Part shown: positions 1-12,944 of the stretch, piece after piece
Position numbering within the stretch: position 1 is the stretch's first letter
How the letters are laid out: every line of letters begins with the position of its first letter
The notes under the pieces: generated by a model
The model's database searches: none
What the model was told of the DNA's origin: nothing
Seen by the model: only the letters and a program-made list of their open reading frames with translations
Assembly: GCF_006345805.1 (NCBI RefSeq)
Contig: NC_042998.1
Span: 196,788,001-196,852,000 of the forward strand
Origin: Octopus sinensis
Taxonomy: Eukaryota
Direction of reading: 5' to 3'
DNA length: 64,000 bases
Position numbers and translations under genes: made by a program

Positions 1-261
1 GAAAAATGGCAACACAGCAGTCAAAAAATCGTAAAAAATAGGGATTTTCATAGAAAAAAAAAGCACCTTTTTGATGTAAATAATTTTTGGTGTTAACATG
101 TTCCGATTTAAATTTCATCTTCTACGGAAGGAAGAGGAAGCCTTCTTCTATCATACTCTCAATTTTGGTCAACTTGCGCCGCAGGGTCTCGGAGGAGATA
201 GTGTTAGATGAAGGCTACCAAACCTGCCATACACAAACAACGTCAGCTTTATATATAGAGA
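1..261 (-). mobile_element. Non-autonomous Helitron, internal type H2, cut by the window edge
   Basis: Reverse complement of the 5' part of 32325-32716; 5' end TCTCTATATATAAAGCTG on the minus strand. Confidence 0.75.
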
Positions 262-523
262 TATATATTCCAATAACGTCACAGCTTATGAATGGCGTCT
301 GCATGAGGTAAGGAAAGAGGATTATGGATTTTAAGCTTCGAACAATATTTCTTCCCAGGGATTAGCAAGTATAAAGTTTTCCAATCTTTGTTGCTATACG
401 TACACTTTACCAAGGGATATACGCCCTCTTCATATATTGTTTTTTTAAAACCTATTATCTTAATCAAATTTAAACTTAATATCGCATCCAGCAATATGCT
501 TTTCTTTATAAAAAAAGAAAAAC

Positions 524-908
524 GGCGCAGGAGTGGCTATGTGGTAAATAGCTTGCCTACCAACCACATGGTTTTGGGTTCAGTCCGACTGCGTGGCATC
601 TTGGGCAAGTGTCTTCTGTTATAGCCTCGGGCCAACCAATGCCTTGTGAGTGGATTTGGTAGACGGAAACTGAAAGAAGCCTGTCGTATATATGTATATG
701 TATGTATGTGTATGTATGTGTTTGTGTGTCTGTGTTTGTCCCTCTAGCATTGCTTGACAACCGATGCGGTTCGGCAAAAGAGACCGATAGAATAAGTACT
801 GGGCTTACAAAGAATAAGTCCCGGGGTCGATTTGCTCGACTAAATGGCGGTTCTCCAGCATGGCCGCAGTCAAATGACTGAAACAAGTAAAAGAGTAAAA
901 GAGAGAGT
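524..908 (+). mobile_element. tRNA-derived SINE family A (octopus OK-like; name from memory)
   Basis: tRNA-like head GGCGCAGGAGTGGCT...GGTTCAGTCC, central microsatellite, tail CAGCATGGCCGCAGTCAAATGACTGAAACAAG(TAAAAGAG)n; 4 full and 2 partial copies in window. Confidence 0.85.
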
Positions 909-1440
909 AAAAAAAAGAGAAAAATGGGTTATTTATGTAGATTAGTGCCCCCTATATTAAATTGTTATGGGAATTACTAAAGAAAGCAAGGTTTTATTTA
1001 ATGAAATTATACAGGACCTTGGCAGGTCATCAATCATGTTTCTGCCCGCTGATGTCCTATTTCATGTCCTATTCCTATTCTAGACCCAACAAAGATTTCA
1101 AAAAAAAATTGTTTATAAAATATAAGTCTCCTGTCTGATTTATGTATTTACATTTCAAAGTAAACTACGAACCCACTAAACATCCAGCACCTCTCATAGT
1201 GCCCTCCTGCACTTAAGGTTTTTCACGACCTTGTGTGATCACAAGGTGTGCAGTTGGTTGTCTAGATGAAAAAAACTATTGTATTAAACGAACGTAAATG
1301 TAAGCAAGAGATATTATTTAACCCTAGGAAAATCTCTGGCGCGAAAAACCTCGTTTCTATTTATTGCCTTTAATGTGACACACATCACAAATTCTGGCAG
1401 CGGTTTCAGGAAAATATCCTTCACTGCATGAGTCATTTGT

Positions 1441-1492
<52 letters not shown>

Positions 1493-1705
1493 TGTTTGTG
1501 TTTGCGTGTGTGTGTGTGTGTGTGGTGCGTGTGTGTGTGTGAGTGTGTGTGTGTGCGCTTTTCTGGTCAGTGACTGTAGTTGCTCACACTAATTGCGTAT
1601 TTGAAATTAATATCTATATATATATGTCTATATATGTTTATATACACTGCATATATATATATTTGTTTATATACGAATATATATGTGTGTGTATATATAT
1701 ATATA

Positions 1706-1826
1706 TTGGCCTGCTCGCTTAGCCAGCGGGGTGGCATCATTCGAAGGCTAAAAAACAATGCGAACGCATTGTGACCAGCGATGTGTAACTACATCTGATG
1801 GACTGGTCGGTCACGTGATCACGTGA
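1706..1826 (+). mobile_element. Solo SINE tail module E (B3 tail) inside (TA)n
   Basis: Near-identical to 21258-21375 and to the tail of 61405-61713; ends GTCACGTGATCACGTGA. Confidence 0.8.
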
Positions 1827-2156
1827 TATATATATATATATATACACACACACATACACACACATTACACATATATGTGTGTGTATATATATATACATGC
1901 TAATATAAAAAGTTTACTTCGTACCTTTTGTAGAATATGTATGTACAGGATGTGCCAAAAGTTGGTTTACAGTTATTCAATTATCTCTTTCGCATCCATA
2001 TATCAACAGTTTAGATCTTAATTATAAAAAAATATGAAACCATTATTCTATGCTAATTTAGTTAATTGTAAGATAGAAATTTAAATGTAATAAAATGTTT
2101 TAAAAGAAATTTAATGCGCCTACATGATAACTGTGAACCTACTTTTGGGTGACGCT

Positions 2157-4085
2157 GTATGTAAGTATGTATGTATGTATGTATGTATGTATGTTTGTAT
2201 GTATGTATGTTTGTATGTATATATGTTTGTATGTATGTATGTATGTATGTATGTATATATGTTTGTATGTATGTATGTATGTATATATGTATGTATGTAT
2301 GTATGTTTGTGTGTATGTATGTATGTATGTATGTATGTATGTTTGTATGTATGTATGTATGTATATATGTATGTATGTATGTATGTTGTATGTTGTATGT
2401 ATGTATGTATGTATGTATGTTTGTATGTATGTGTGTATGTATGTATGTATGTATGTATGTATGTATGTGTGTATGTATGTTTGTATGTATGTATGTATGT
2501 ATGTATGTATGTATGTATGTATGCATGTATGTATGTATGTATGTATGTATGTATGTATGTTTGTATGTATGTATGTATATATGTTTGTATGTATGTATGT
2601 ATGTATGTTTGTGTGTATGTATGTATGTATGTATGTATGTATGTATGTATGTATGTTTGTATGTACGTATGTATGTATGTATGCATGTATGTTTGTATGT
2701 TTGTATGTATGTATGTATGTATGTATGTATGTATGTATGTATGTATGTTGTATGTACGTATGTATGTATGTATGTATGTATGTATGTATGTATGTATGTA
2801 TGTTGTATGTATATATGTATGTATGTGTATGTATGTATGTATGTATGTATGTATGTTGTATGTATGTATGTATGTATGTATGTATGTTGTATGTTTGTAT
2901 GTATGTATGTTGTATGTTTGTATGTATGTATGTATGTATGTATGTATGTATGTATGTATATGTTTGTATGTATGTATGTATGTATGTATGTATGTATGTA
3001 TGTAGTATGTATGTTGTATGTATGTATTATGTATGTATGTATGTATGTATGTATGTATGTATGTTGTATGTATGTATGTATGTATGTTGTATGTATGTAT
3101 GTATGTATTATGTATGTATGTATCTATGTATGTATGTATTTATGTTTGTATGTTTGTATGTATGTATGTTTGTATGTATGTATGTATGTATGTATGTATG
3201 TATGTTTGTATGTATGTATGTATGTATGTATGTATGTATGTATCTATGTATGTATGTATTTATGTTTGTATGTTTGTATGTATATATGTTTGTATGTATG
3301 TATGTATGTATGTATGTTTGTATGTATGTATGTATGTATGTATGTATGTATGTATCTATGTATGTATGTATTTATGTTTGTATGTTTGTATGTATGTATG
3401 TTTGTATGTATGTATGTATGTATGTATGTATGTATGTATGTGTGTGTGTATGTATGTATGTCTGTATGTATGTATATATGTTTGTATGTATGTATGTATG
3501 TATGTATGTATGTATCTATGTATGTATGTTTTATGTATGTATGTTTGTATTATGTATGTTGTATGTATGTATGTATGTAGTATGTATGTATGTTGTATGT
3601 ATATATGTTTTATGTATGTATGTATTTATGTTTGTATGTATGTATGTATTATGTATGTATGTATGTATGTATGTTGTATGTATGTATATATGTTTGTATG
3701 TATGTATGTAATGTATGTATGTATGGTATGTATGTATGTATGTATGTTGTATGTACGTATGTATGTATGTATGTATGTATGTATGTGTGTATGTATGTAT
3801 GTATGTTTGTATTATGTATGTATGTATGTATATATGTTTGTATGTAGTATGTATGTATGTATTGTATGTATGTATGTGATGTATGTATGTTGTATGTATA
3901 TATGTTTGTATGTATGTATGTATGTATGTATGTATGTATGTATGTATGTATGTATGTATGTATGTATGAATGTATGTATGTATGTATGTATGTATGTATG
4001 TATGTATGTATGTATGTATGTATGTATGAAGTATGTATGTATGTGTTGTATGTATGTATGTATGTATGTATGTATGATGTATGCA
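2157..4085. repeat. About 1.9-kb (TATG)n microsatellite with variant units
   Basis: Direct reading; source of all the VCMY/YIHT ORFs. Confidence 0.98.
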
Positions 4086-4096
4086 TACGTACACAC

Positions 4097-4141
<45 letters not shown>

Positions 4142-4147
4142 AATATA

Positions 4148-4372
4148 TGCACAAAGTAGATGTAGGAGTTTTTAAATCAAAGCTCGACCTCTTCCTGTCG
4201 AGAGTCCCAGATGAACCTATCTCACGGCAAGCGGTGCAAATGAAAGTAGCTATATCAAACTCCATGCTTCACCAAGTGCCACATATTAGAGGAGGCTCTT
4301 AGTAATAAAAGTGTAGCAAAACGGCGATGCATCAGCAATGACCACAGCTCTGAGCTGAAACAAGAAAAACGA
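4148..4372 (+). mobile_element. CR1-type LINE 3' end (family L-a)
   Basis: HKVDVGVFKSKLDLFLSRVPDEP...GGS* plus 3' UTR; longer copy at 63400-63720 on the minus strand. Confidence 0.8.
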
Positions 4373-4741
4373 AAATATATATATATGCTGTAGTTGTTGA
4401 GGATAATGGTGAGGATAATGTTAAGTCCCAGATCAAACGTGATCAAACTGGTCTCTGACCAAAAGCATTCTGGTCGTTAGAGCCATTTATTCAATGTATC
4501 CTGTCGTTGATTCTTGGGTGTTATACGAGGGAGATCTGGTTGTAATTTCTCGCATGTCAAGTGGCCATCTAGTGGCTCTTGTTGCAGTTTCTGTAGTTGT
4601 TCTAGTTGTCATGCTTGGTTAGCTTAGTTGCTAGGGATAGTATAATGTGTGTGTGTGTGTGTGTATGTATGTATTTAAAAAAAACTTCGATTAACAGAGA
4701 TTATTTCTGCATTTAATAGATAGACGCTGTATTCTCTAGAG

Positions 4742-4860
4742 CAGCTGTCCCCAATTTTTTTTGGCACCAACACGGACCGGTTTCACACCAGACAATTTTC
4801 CATGGATCTGAGGATTATGCTTATAACAAAACACAATGAAGTGCATAGTATTTAATGTAA
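4742..4860 (+). mobile_element. hAT-Charlie (MER1-like) left-end fragment
   Basis: CAGCTGTCCCCAATTTTTTTTGGCACC..GGACCGGTTTC..AGACAATTTTCCATGGA resembles MER1/Charlie3 termini; preceded by CTCTAGAG (4734-4741), matching the nTCTAGAn Charlie target. Confidence 0.6.
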
Positions 4861-4992
4861 TTATTACATAGGTAATCAAACATAGGTGCGTTGTGCTCTT
4901 GAGCAAAACACTTCATCTCACCTCATCGATACCTGACACCTGTTCAAGCAATGTCGATTTGATGGAAATAGTGAAGTTATGTACAACACAAA

Positions 4993-5266
4993 TGACTGAC
5001 CATGGGATTGCACCTAGAAAGTTACCCTCCCAGGCACAAGTCCGGGCAAGGTTGTTTATGGAAGACCAGCAGTCACCCATGCATACCGGCCTCCCCTGAT
5101 GTTATCCAAGGGAAAGGCAAAGGGGCCGATACAGCTCGGCACCTGTGACGTCGCAACTCATTTCTACAGCTGAGTGAACTGGAGCAACGTGAAATAAAGT
5201 GTCTTGCTCAAGAACACAACACGCAGCCCGGTCCGGGATTCGAACTCACAACCTCACGATCGTAAG
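4993..5266 (-). mobile_element. SINE with C-type head and a distinct tail (possibly Meta-like domain)
   Basis: Minus strand GTGAGTTCGAATCCCGG..TTGAGCAAGACACTTTATTTCACGTTGCTCCAG, then a tail seen nowhere else in the window. Confidence 0.65.
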
Positions 5267-5317
5267 GTATATAATATTTATATATTATATATATTACATG
5301 TATAATACTTACATCAT

Positions 5318-5420
5318 CCATGGCCCAATGGTTAGGATGTTACGCTCACGATCGCGAGATCGTATTTCTATTCCTAGACCGGGTGGTGCGTTGTGCTCTT
5401 GAGCAAAACACTTCATCTCA
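5318..5420 (+). mobile_element. Diverged C-type SINE head
   Basis: TGGCCCAATGGTTAGG...TTGAGCAAAACACTTCATCTCAC. Confidence 0.6.
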
Positions 5421-5492
5421 CCTCATCGATACCTGACACCTGTTCAAGCAATGTCGATTTGATGGAAATAGTGAAGTTATGTACAACACAAA

Positions 5493-5887
5493 TTTGTCCT
5501 ATGAAGAAAGGCTGAGGACGCTCGACCATTATTCTCTAGAAAAACGCCGCCGCCGTGGTGATCTCATTCTCGCCCACAACATCATAAGCGGAAAGTGTAA
5601 CCTCTCGAAAGAGCTGTTCTTCACTCTTGCTCCAGAGCGTCGGCTGCGGGGTCATTCCGAAAAGCTCTACCTGCGACGATTTCATCTCAATCGAAGGAGA
5701 GGAGCTTTCTCCGTCCGGGTTGCGGATCCGTGGAACAAGCTGCCAGACGAGATGGTGAAGATGCCGACGACCGCTTTGTTCAAAGCCTCCCTTGACCTCA
5801 AGTGGCCTGAACTCTTTACATGAACACCACCCTGTACTTAACTCCATGTCCCCCTACATGGCTTTGCTATTTGCTTTTGAGCCAAAT

Positions 5888-5922
<35 letters not shown>
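5493..5922 (+). mobile_element. 5'-truncated CR1-clade LINE (family L-b) with intact ORF2 C-terminus
   Basis: LSYEERLRTLDHYSLEKRRRRGDLI...RGHSEKL...PWNKLP...FKASLD, then 3' UTR and (AACT)n tail. Confidence 0.9.
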
Positions 5923-5923
<1 letters not shown>

Positions 5924-6345
5924 ATACATTTGATCGCTATAAAGAAATCATTGTAGGTCGTTCGGTAAAAGCTGAAGACTCCATGCGTTGTCTTCGACAG
6001 GGGAGTCAATCATCGCGCAAAACGATCCTGCAGACTACGGTAGTCAATAAAATGGAACTAAAATTTTAAAATTTATTCGTTTTTCTGTGGCCTGATACCA
6101 AATGGTTCACGGTCTGGTGGTTGGGAACCTCCTGCTTTGAAATCTGAAAATAATAAGCAAGAGAGATAAAAAAAACTCATTGAATTTTTGGAAAATAAAG
6201 GAAGTACGAGTGAATCTTCTCTTTTAAATTTAATTTGTGAATGCAACGGACACATTTCGATCTTGTTGGACCTCCTTAGCGAAGTATGTTCATCTCTCTT
6301 GCTAAGACTTAGAAGTGATCAGCATAAGTATGTATGTAGATAAAT

Positions 6346-6350
<5 letters not shown>

Positions 6351-6410
<60 letters not shown>

Positions 6411-6540
6411 GAGAGAGAAAGAGACAGAGAGGGGAGAGACAGACAGACAGAAACAGAGAGAGAGAGGGGAGAGAGAGACATACAGACAGACAGACAGACA
6501 GAAACAGAGAGAGAGAGGAGAGAGAGAGAGAGAGAAAGAG
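6351..6540. repeat. (GA)n/(GACA)n compound microsatellite
   Basis: Direct reading. Confidence 0.95.
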
Positions 6541-7196
6541 TTGTGTCAGGCTCAGGAAAAAAGCTAAGCGTTCTGCATACTAAATACTTTTCTTTCAGAG
6601 TTGATTTTCTTTCAGTTTAATTCAGTTTCGTTTATTCGTTTATTTTGTTGGACTTGTAAAAACATACACGTTCTAGTTACAATGACAATAGATTCAACAA
6701 TACACTTACAATAACAATCGTGAAACTGTGGAATCCGAGGGAACCAGTGATGGTATTCATACTTTGGCAAATAGTGAATACTTAAAGGTTAATGTTTACA
6801 ACGTGACCCGGAAACGAAAATCGGAAACAAATAGTGCAACAGGTGTAAAAAAATGTGTAGGAAACGAATAGGAAATAAAAAAAATGCGCGGAAACATCGG
6901 AAGAAGGGGAGAGGACCTCGGAAAATTCACAAGATCCGAGTTTTTCCCTCATAATTTTTAGGGAAATGGGGTTTTTTCGATGAAATTTCATACAAATACC
7001 ATTCACACTGCATATGTCCTTTGCATGTGTTCTATATTCCAACTAGAACCTCAATAATTTTTGCATCACCATAATATCCTTGGGATCACAAGCACGTACG
7101 TGATTGCGTATATTAGATGCTGGTTTGATTTTTGAAGGAGAGTAAATCTCGATTCATCGTCCTCCTTTTCATAGTCTTCGTTGTTACTCTGAGGAG

Positions 7197-7615
7197 TTGG
7201 GCGGCCAGCTGGCAGAATCGTTATTATGCCAAGCAAAACGCCTAGCGGCATTTCGTCCGCCTTTACGTTCTGAGTTCAAATTCCGCCGAGGTCGACTTTG
7301 CCTTTCATCCTTTCGGGGTCGATAAATTAAGGACCAGTTACGCACTGGGGTCGATATAATCGACTTAATCCGTTTGTCTGTCCTTGTTTGTCCTCTCTAT
7401 GTTTAGCCCCTTGTGGGTAGTAAAGAAATAGGTATTTCGTCCGCCTTTACGTTCTGAGTTCAAATTCCGCCGAGGTCGATTTTGCCATTCATCCTTTACA
7501 AGGTCGAGCAAGTAACTACCAGTTAATAAATACTGGGGTCGATATAATCAACTTACCTCCTCCCCCGAAATTTCTGGTTTTGTTTCAAAGCTTTGAAACC
7601 ATTATTACCCTGAAG
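7197..7615 (+). mobile_element. SINE family D (tRNA head, CORE-like domain): head + unit + unit with alternative D' tail
   Basis: GTCGACTTTGCCTTTCATCCTTTCGGGGTCGATAAA core twice; junction AAGAAATA|GGTATTTC. Confidence 0.85.
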
Positions 7616-7619
7616 AGGG

Positions 7620-8650
7620 GAATTCATTTTTTGTTTGTTTGTTTTGAAGATGTTGTTTCTCCTTTCCTGTTTTTGTTCTTTTCTTTTGCTGTTCACTATT
7701 TTTGTGTGTAACTTCTGTCTCTTTCTTCCTTTTGCATTCCTCACAATTTCGGATACTTTCATTTTAAACCATTATTTCTTCCACATCACACAATTGGTTG
7801 CTACAATTAGGGGGACACTTGTTTTCAGGATTGGGCCGAGATGATCTCCTCCGCCATTCTCGTTGCTGTGACTCATGGTACTTTAGAAACTGGAGTTTAA
7901 GCCGATGTTGATGTTGAGCGGTCCGAAACGTGGTCCTTTGCTATTCGTAAGACCCGCAGAAGAGAAAGCAGCTCAACCCCCGACACCGAGAGCATCGACG
8001 GGTGGATGAATGCGCATCCAGGCTCAACGGTTGCGTAGGAAGTCGGGGAAAGGAAACAGAAAGAAAGAGTGAGAGAAAGTTGGAGCGAAAGAGTACAACA
8101 GGGGTCGCCACCAACTCCTGCCGGAGCCTCGTAGAGCTTTAGGTGTTTTTGCTCAATAAACACACACAACGCCCTGTCTGGGAATCGAAACCACGATCCT
8201 CCGACCACGAGTCCGCTGCCCTAACTACTGGGCCATTGCGCCTCCACACGGAGTTTGCTGCTCCTATTGCTGACTCAACTGGTCTCCGCTGCTCTTCTTT
8301 CTCACTTTCTTTTCTGTTTTCTTTTATTTCCAGCTCTTCATGTTCAAAAGTCTCTCAATTAACTCCTACTGCCACATGTATAGCAACTTGGCCTTTTGCA
8401 TTGTGTACGAAATTCCCTGTACTGTTTTTAAAAATTGTTTTTTCGTCCATATTTGGGCAATTACTGCGGTAATTTTTTAAGGCACAGATATGCTGTTTTT
8501 GTCTTAGCGCTCTTTTGGTACAAATCCTATGACAAAGTGACACTTTCTGGTTTACCAAATTTTTTTTTCTCTGGTTATTTTTCTTAAGTCTAAAAATTGT
8601 TTGTAACGATGGAAACAAAGTTAATCTAATACTACTGCAATTACTATAAT
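7620..8650 (-). pseudogene. Degenerate gag/ORF1-like sequence (zinc knuckle plus K/E-rich tail) interrupted by a B2 SINE
   Basis: Minus strand near 8340-8395 reads PSCYTCGSRS*LRDF*, a decayed CCHC; K/E-rich sequence follows; same layout as 52262-54280. Confidence 0.4.
7903..8245 (-). mobile_element. SINE family B, tail B2 (OR-like)
   Basis: Head GGAGGCGCAATGGCCCAGT..GGTTTCGATTCCC; probable TSD AAACTCC. Confidence 0.85.
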
Positions 8651-9219
8651 TTGTAGCGTCTACTAATATTTGTGTACGAGTGCTGTTGTTGTTGTTACTT
8701 AAAGAGATTATTCTTTAAAATATTTTGAGTATTATCTTTCTTTTTAAATATTAATCTTTATCTGTTGTGTTCATTCTGGTGCAATTTGATTTTGTTTGTG
8801 TCTCGTGTTTTTGCGAACTGATATATCATTTTTGGTTACTCACTGAATATTTTTATAGCGGTGTTTAATAGACGTGAAATGTGGTCAAAATATGTAAGCA
8901 AATAAGATGGAGTCTGCATTGAGAGTAGAATGTCATTTAACCCAAATCCTTATTGGCAGAGTACTCCGAAGAAAGAATTCATTTTGAAATAGTAACGATT
9001 TCAAAGTTTCGGCACAAAACTAGCAATTTGTGGGGAGAAGTAAGTTGATTACATTGACCCCAGTAACGCGAGTAAAATTACTAATAGAGAAACGAAAATT
9101 AACTTAGAAACAGCAACGCCACCGTAGGTTACGTTGAAACGACGAACGTTTTCAAGGGAGATAATCAAAGAACGTAACATTGTAATACTTCATGTAAAGT
9201 AAATATAACAAATGAAAAA

Positions 9220-9405
9220 TCCTTCAGGAATCCATAAAAATTCCCGGATCACTACCAAAATTTCATCATCTGTTCCTTGTATCATTACCAACTTTTCCTA
9301 CATCATATACCGTTCACAACCTTCTGAGTTATTTCGCACACAGACGGACAGACAGAGAAACCAACGCCGATAAAACATATTCTCCTTCCTTGGCGGAGAT
9401 AATGA
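9220..9405 (-). mobile_element. Helentron-associated (DINE-1/HINE-like) element, 5' part
   Basis: Minus strand TCATTATCTCCGCCAAGGAAGGAG..(CTGT)n..GAAATAACTCAGAAGG; related to 51565-51790. Confidence 0.55.
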
Positions 9406-9539
9406 AAAATAGTTATATAAGGAAAATCTTATAAGCCGATTGCGCTTTCAGATTTTCAGAACTTTCGTAACTCATATTGGCAATCGTTGATATTCAATAC
9501 TGAACTGCCGATAGTGTTATAGCATCGATGATGGCAATG

Positions 9540-9917
9540 GGAAGTACTCCGTCGGTTACGACGATGAGGGTTCCGGTTGATCCGAATCAACGGAACAGCC
9601 TGCTCGTGAAATTAACGCGTAAGTGGCTGAGCACTCCACAGACACGTACACCCTTAACGTAGTTCTCGGGGATATTCAGCGTGACACAGAGAGTGACAAG
9701 GCCGGCCCCTTGAAATACAGGTACAACAGAAACAGGAAGTAAGAGTGAGAGAAAGTTGTGGTGAAAGAGTACAACAGGGATCACCACTATCCCCTGCCGG
9801 AGCCTCGTGGAGCTTTAGGTGTTTTCGCTCAATAAACACAACGCCCGGTCTGGGAATCGAAACCGCGATCCTATGACCGCGAGTCCGCTGCCCTAACCAC
9901 TGGGCCATTGCGCCTCC
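9540..9917 (-). mobile_element. SINE family B, tail B1 (Nin-like domain, RTE-like 3' hairpin)
   Basis: Full copy; TSD CGATGATGGCAAT at 9526-9538 and 9920-9932. Confidence 0.88.
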
Positions 9918-10679
9918 ACCGATGATGGCAATAGCTTTTGGGGTTGTCGATACTGTAAAGTATTGTCAGTTGTCCCATATGAATATTAAAGATTATTAAT
10001 AAGAGTTACACAATCTCTGAAGATTAGACAGTAGAAAGACTCAAAAGGTTTCTATGATATAACTGGAATTTTAACAATTTCGAACATGAAACGAGCGTAA
10101 AATGGTGAAGCTAAAGCTTTATGAACAGACTTTCCAGTTTTGTTTTGCTTTCTGTATGCACTCTGTGACCTATATGACTTGTAGAGTTCAAGTAAATGGA
10201 ATTCGGATTATAATACGACGACTCCTCACATATTGAATATGCACAGAGTTCTAAATAAATATTTGTTACTTGTCATGCAGTTTGAATTGAAATCGAACTA
10301 TAGAACTATATATATATGCATGCATGCATATATGTATGTATAGGGAGTGAGTGAGTGAGTGAGAGAGAGAGGGAGGGAGAGAATGTGTGTGAGACGGTAG
10401 AAATATTTCACCTGAACAATTTAGGTAACCACACCTGATAGTATGTAGTCCACATAATTGTTGGTATGTAGTATTGCACACAGACAAGTGGTGGTGGCTG
10501 TGGTAGTGATGGTTGCGGAGGCAGCGGTAGTGTTGCATAGAATTAAGGTGGTGGTGGTGGTGGGTTTGATGGTAGGCGATGTATATGCTATGAATGTATG
10601 TTGGTAGAGGTGAGCTCGTAGTGGTGGTCGTATGATATAGTACTGACAGCAGCGACTATTATAACTACTACCATAGTGG

Positions 10680-11790
10680 GTCACAAGTCAGCCACATCAT
10701 AGTTCGCTATGTCGTGGCCAGTTGGGTCATAATCAATTGTGTCGAGGCCTGCAATGTCATAGTGAGTTACATTATAGCCAACTATGTCATAGTCAACTGT
10801 CTCATGGTCAGTTGTGTCATAGCTGTGGTTGTGGCCAGCTATGTCATAGTCAGTCGTGTCATAGTCAGTTGTATCGTGACCAAGTTATGTCATAGTCAGC
10901 TGTGTCATAGACAACTATGTTATAGTCAGTTGCCGGTTGTGTATCGGTCAGTGGTGTCGTAGTTAAATGTATCATATGTCAAAGTCAGTTGTGTCATAGT
11001 TGGCTTTGTTATGACCAGCTGTGTCGTGGTCAGCTGCATCAAGGTCAACTGTGTCATAGCCAATTATAATGGGTAGTTACGGTCATTTGAAAGATGTTCG
11101 ATTGTCACATTTTTCTCAATTATGTAATGACCAAAATATGTAATGGTAAGTAGTCAGGGGTCAACTGTGTCATGACATAATCAACAACATTGTGTTTAAC
11201 TGTGACGGTCATGGCAAACTGTAAAGCGGCGAGCTGGCAGAAACGTTAGCACGCCGGGCGAAATGCGTAGCCGTATTTCGTCTGCCGTTACGTTCTGAGT
11301 TCAAATTCCGCCGAGGTCGACTTTGCCTTTCATCCTTTCGGGGTCGATAAATTAAGTACCAATTACGCACTGGGGTCGATGTAGTCGACTTAATCCGTTT
11401 GTCTGTCCTTGTTTGTCCCCTCTGTGAGCCCCTTGTGGGAGTGAAGAAATAGGTATTTCGTCTGCCGCTATGTTCTGAGTTCAAATTCCGCCGAGGTCGA
11501 CTTTGCCTTTCATCCTTTCGGGGTCGATAAATTAAGTACCAGTTACGCACTGGGGTCGATGTAATCAACTTAATCCCTTTGTCTGTCCTTGTTTGTCCCC
11601 TCTGTGTTCAGCCCCTTGCGGGTAGTAAAGAAATAGGTCATGGCAAACTGTGATATGAAAACTGTGATATGACAAACTTTGGTCAAGTCAACCAAGTGTG
11701 TTGTGGCTAGCTATAATGGTCGACTACAGACTGGTCAGTTTTCTCATAGTCACCTGTGTTATAACCATAGGCTTTATAACACGGTCGGTC
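10680..11790. repeat. Degenerate ~15-bp tandem repeat (consensus about GTCATAGTCAGTTGT), split by a D dimer
   Basis: Recurrent GTCATAG/CAGTTGT/CAACTGT at ~15-bp spacing. Confidence 0.7.
11223..11635 (+). mobile_element. SINE D dimer (head + 2 units)
   Basis: One TSD GGTCATGGCAAACTGT at 11207-11222 and 11636-11651 flanks both units. Confidence 0.9.
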
Positions 11791-11921
11791 TTATCGGTTT
11801 GTTGACTGCAGGATGACATTGTCAATATCACATTGGATGTGTTATCACTATCATATTAGGTGTTTTCATATATCACCAATCTCACACTGTTATGTGGTTA
11901 TATCTATCAATCTCACATTGT

Positions 11922-12339
11922 TAAGGCGGCGAGCTGGCAGAAACGTTAGTGCGCCGGGCGAAATGCTTAGCGGTATTTCGTCTGTCGTTACGTTCTGAGT
12001 TCAAATTCTGCCGATGTCGACTTTGCCTTTCATCCTTTCTGGGTCGATAAATAAAGTACCAGTTTTGCACTGGGGTCGATGTAATCGGCTTAATCCCTTT
12101 GTCTGTCCTTGTTTGTCCCCTCTGTGTTTAGCCCCTTGTGGGTAATAAAGAAATAGGTATTTCGTCTGCCGCTACGTTCTGAGTTCAAATTCCGCCGAGG
12201 TCGACTTTGCCTTTCATCCTTTCGGGGTCGATAAATAAAGTACCAGTTTCGCACTGGGGTCGATGCAATCGTTTTAATCCCTTTGTCTGTCCTTGTTTGT
12301 CCGTTCTGTGTTTAGCCCCTTGTGGGTAGTAAAGAAATA
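11922..12339 (+). mobile_element. SINE D dimer
   Basis: TSD ATATCTATC(A/G)ATCTCACATTGT at 11900-11921 and 12341-12362. Confidence 0.9.
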
Positions 12340-12566
12340 TATATCTATCGATCTCACATTGTGAGGTGGTTAAAACCTATAGGTTTATTGTGTCTGATTG
12401 ATTATATTTTTCCTTTTCACGTTGGATGTGCCACGTGTTTATCAATATTACATTATCTGTCATTATAGCTATTAATAATCCATCGATGTAACTTGTGTGA
12501 GTGGTTTATATCTGTTCGATATCACATTGTCTAGGTTTGTGTCTATCAGTGTGTCATCTGTATTGA

Positions 12567-12790
12567 AGGCAGTGTGCTGGCAAAATCGTTAACACGCCGG
12601 GCAGAATGCTTAGCGGCATATCGTCTGTCTTTACGTTTTGGGTTCAAATTCCGCCGGGATCGACTTTGCCTTTCATCCTTTCGGGGGTGGGATGTCGATA
12701 AAATAAGTACCAGCTGAGCACTGGGTCGATGTAATTGACTTTCCCCGCTCCCTGTAAATTGCTGGCCTTGTGCCAAAGATTTGAAACTAA
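12567..12790 (+). mobile_element. Older SINE D' monomer
   Basis: Diverged head and core, D' tail CCTTGTGCCAAAGATTTGAAAC. Confidence 0.75.
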
Positions 12791-12944
12791 TATGTCACCT
12801 GTATCGATCATTTTAGTTTCCACTAAGGTCGCCGTTTCACTCCACACTCTGCAATGTTCAGGAATCTAGCAAGGACGCTATTCAAAGTAGATTTCTTAGC
12901 ATTTTCTCAATTCGGCAATATATTGTTATTTAGAACAAATATAC

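Noticed and set aside
2062-4265. Long ORFs of up to 520 aa (VCMY/YIHT repeats)
   Set aside because: Translations of (TATG)n, which has no stop codons in most frames
5930-6300. Possible transposase-associated fossil (FDRY...W..SENK..LIEFL)
   Set aside because: Motif resemblance is too weak and broken by stops to support a call without a profile search
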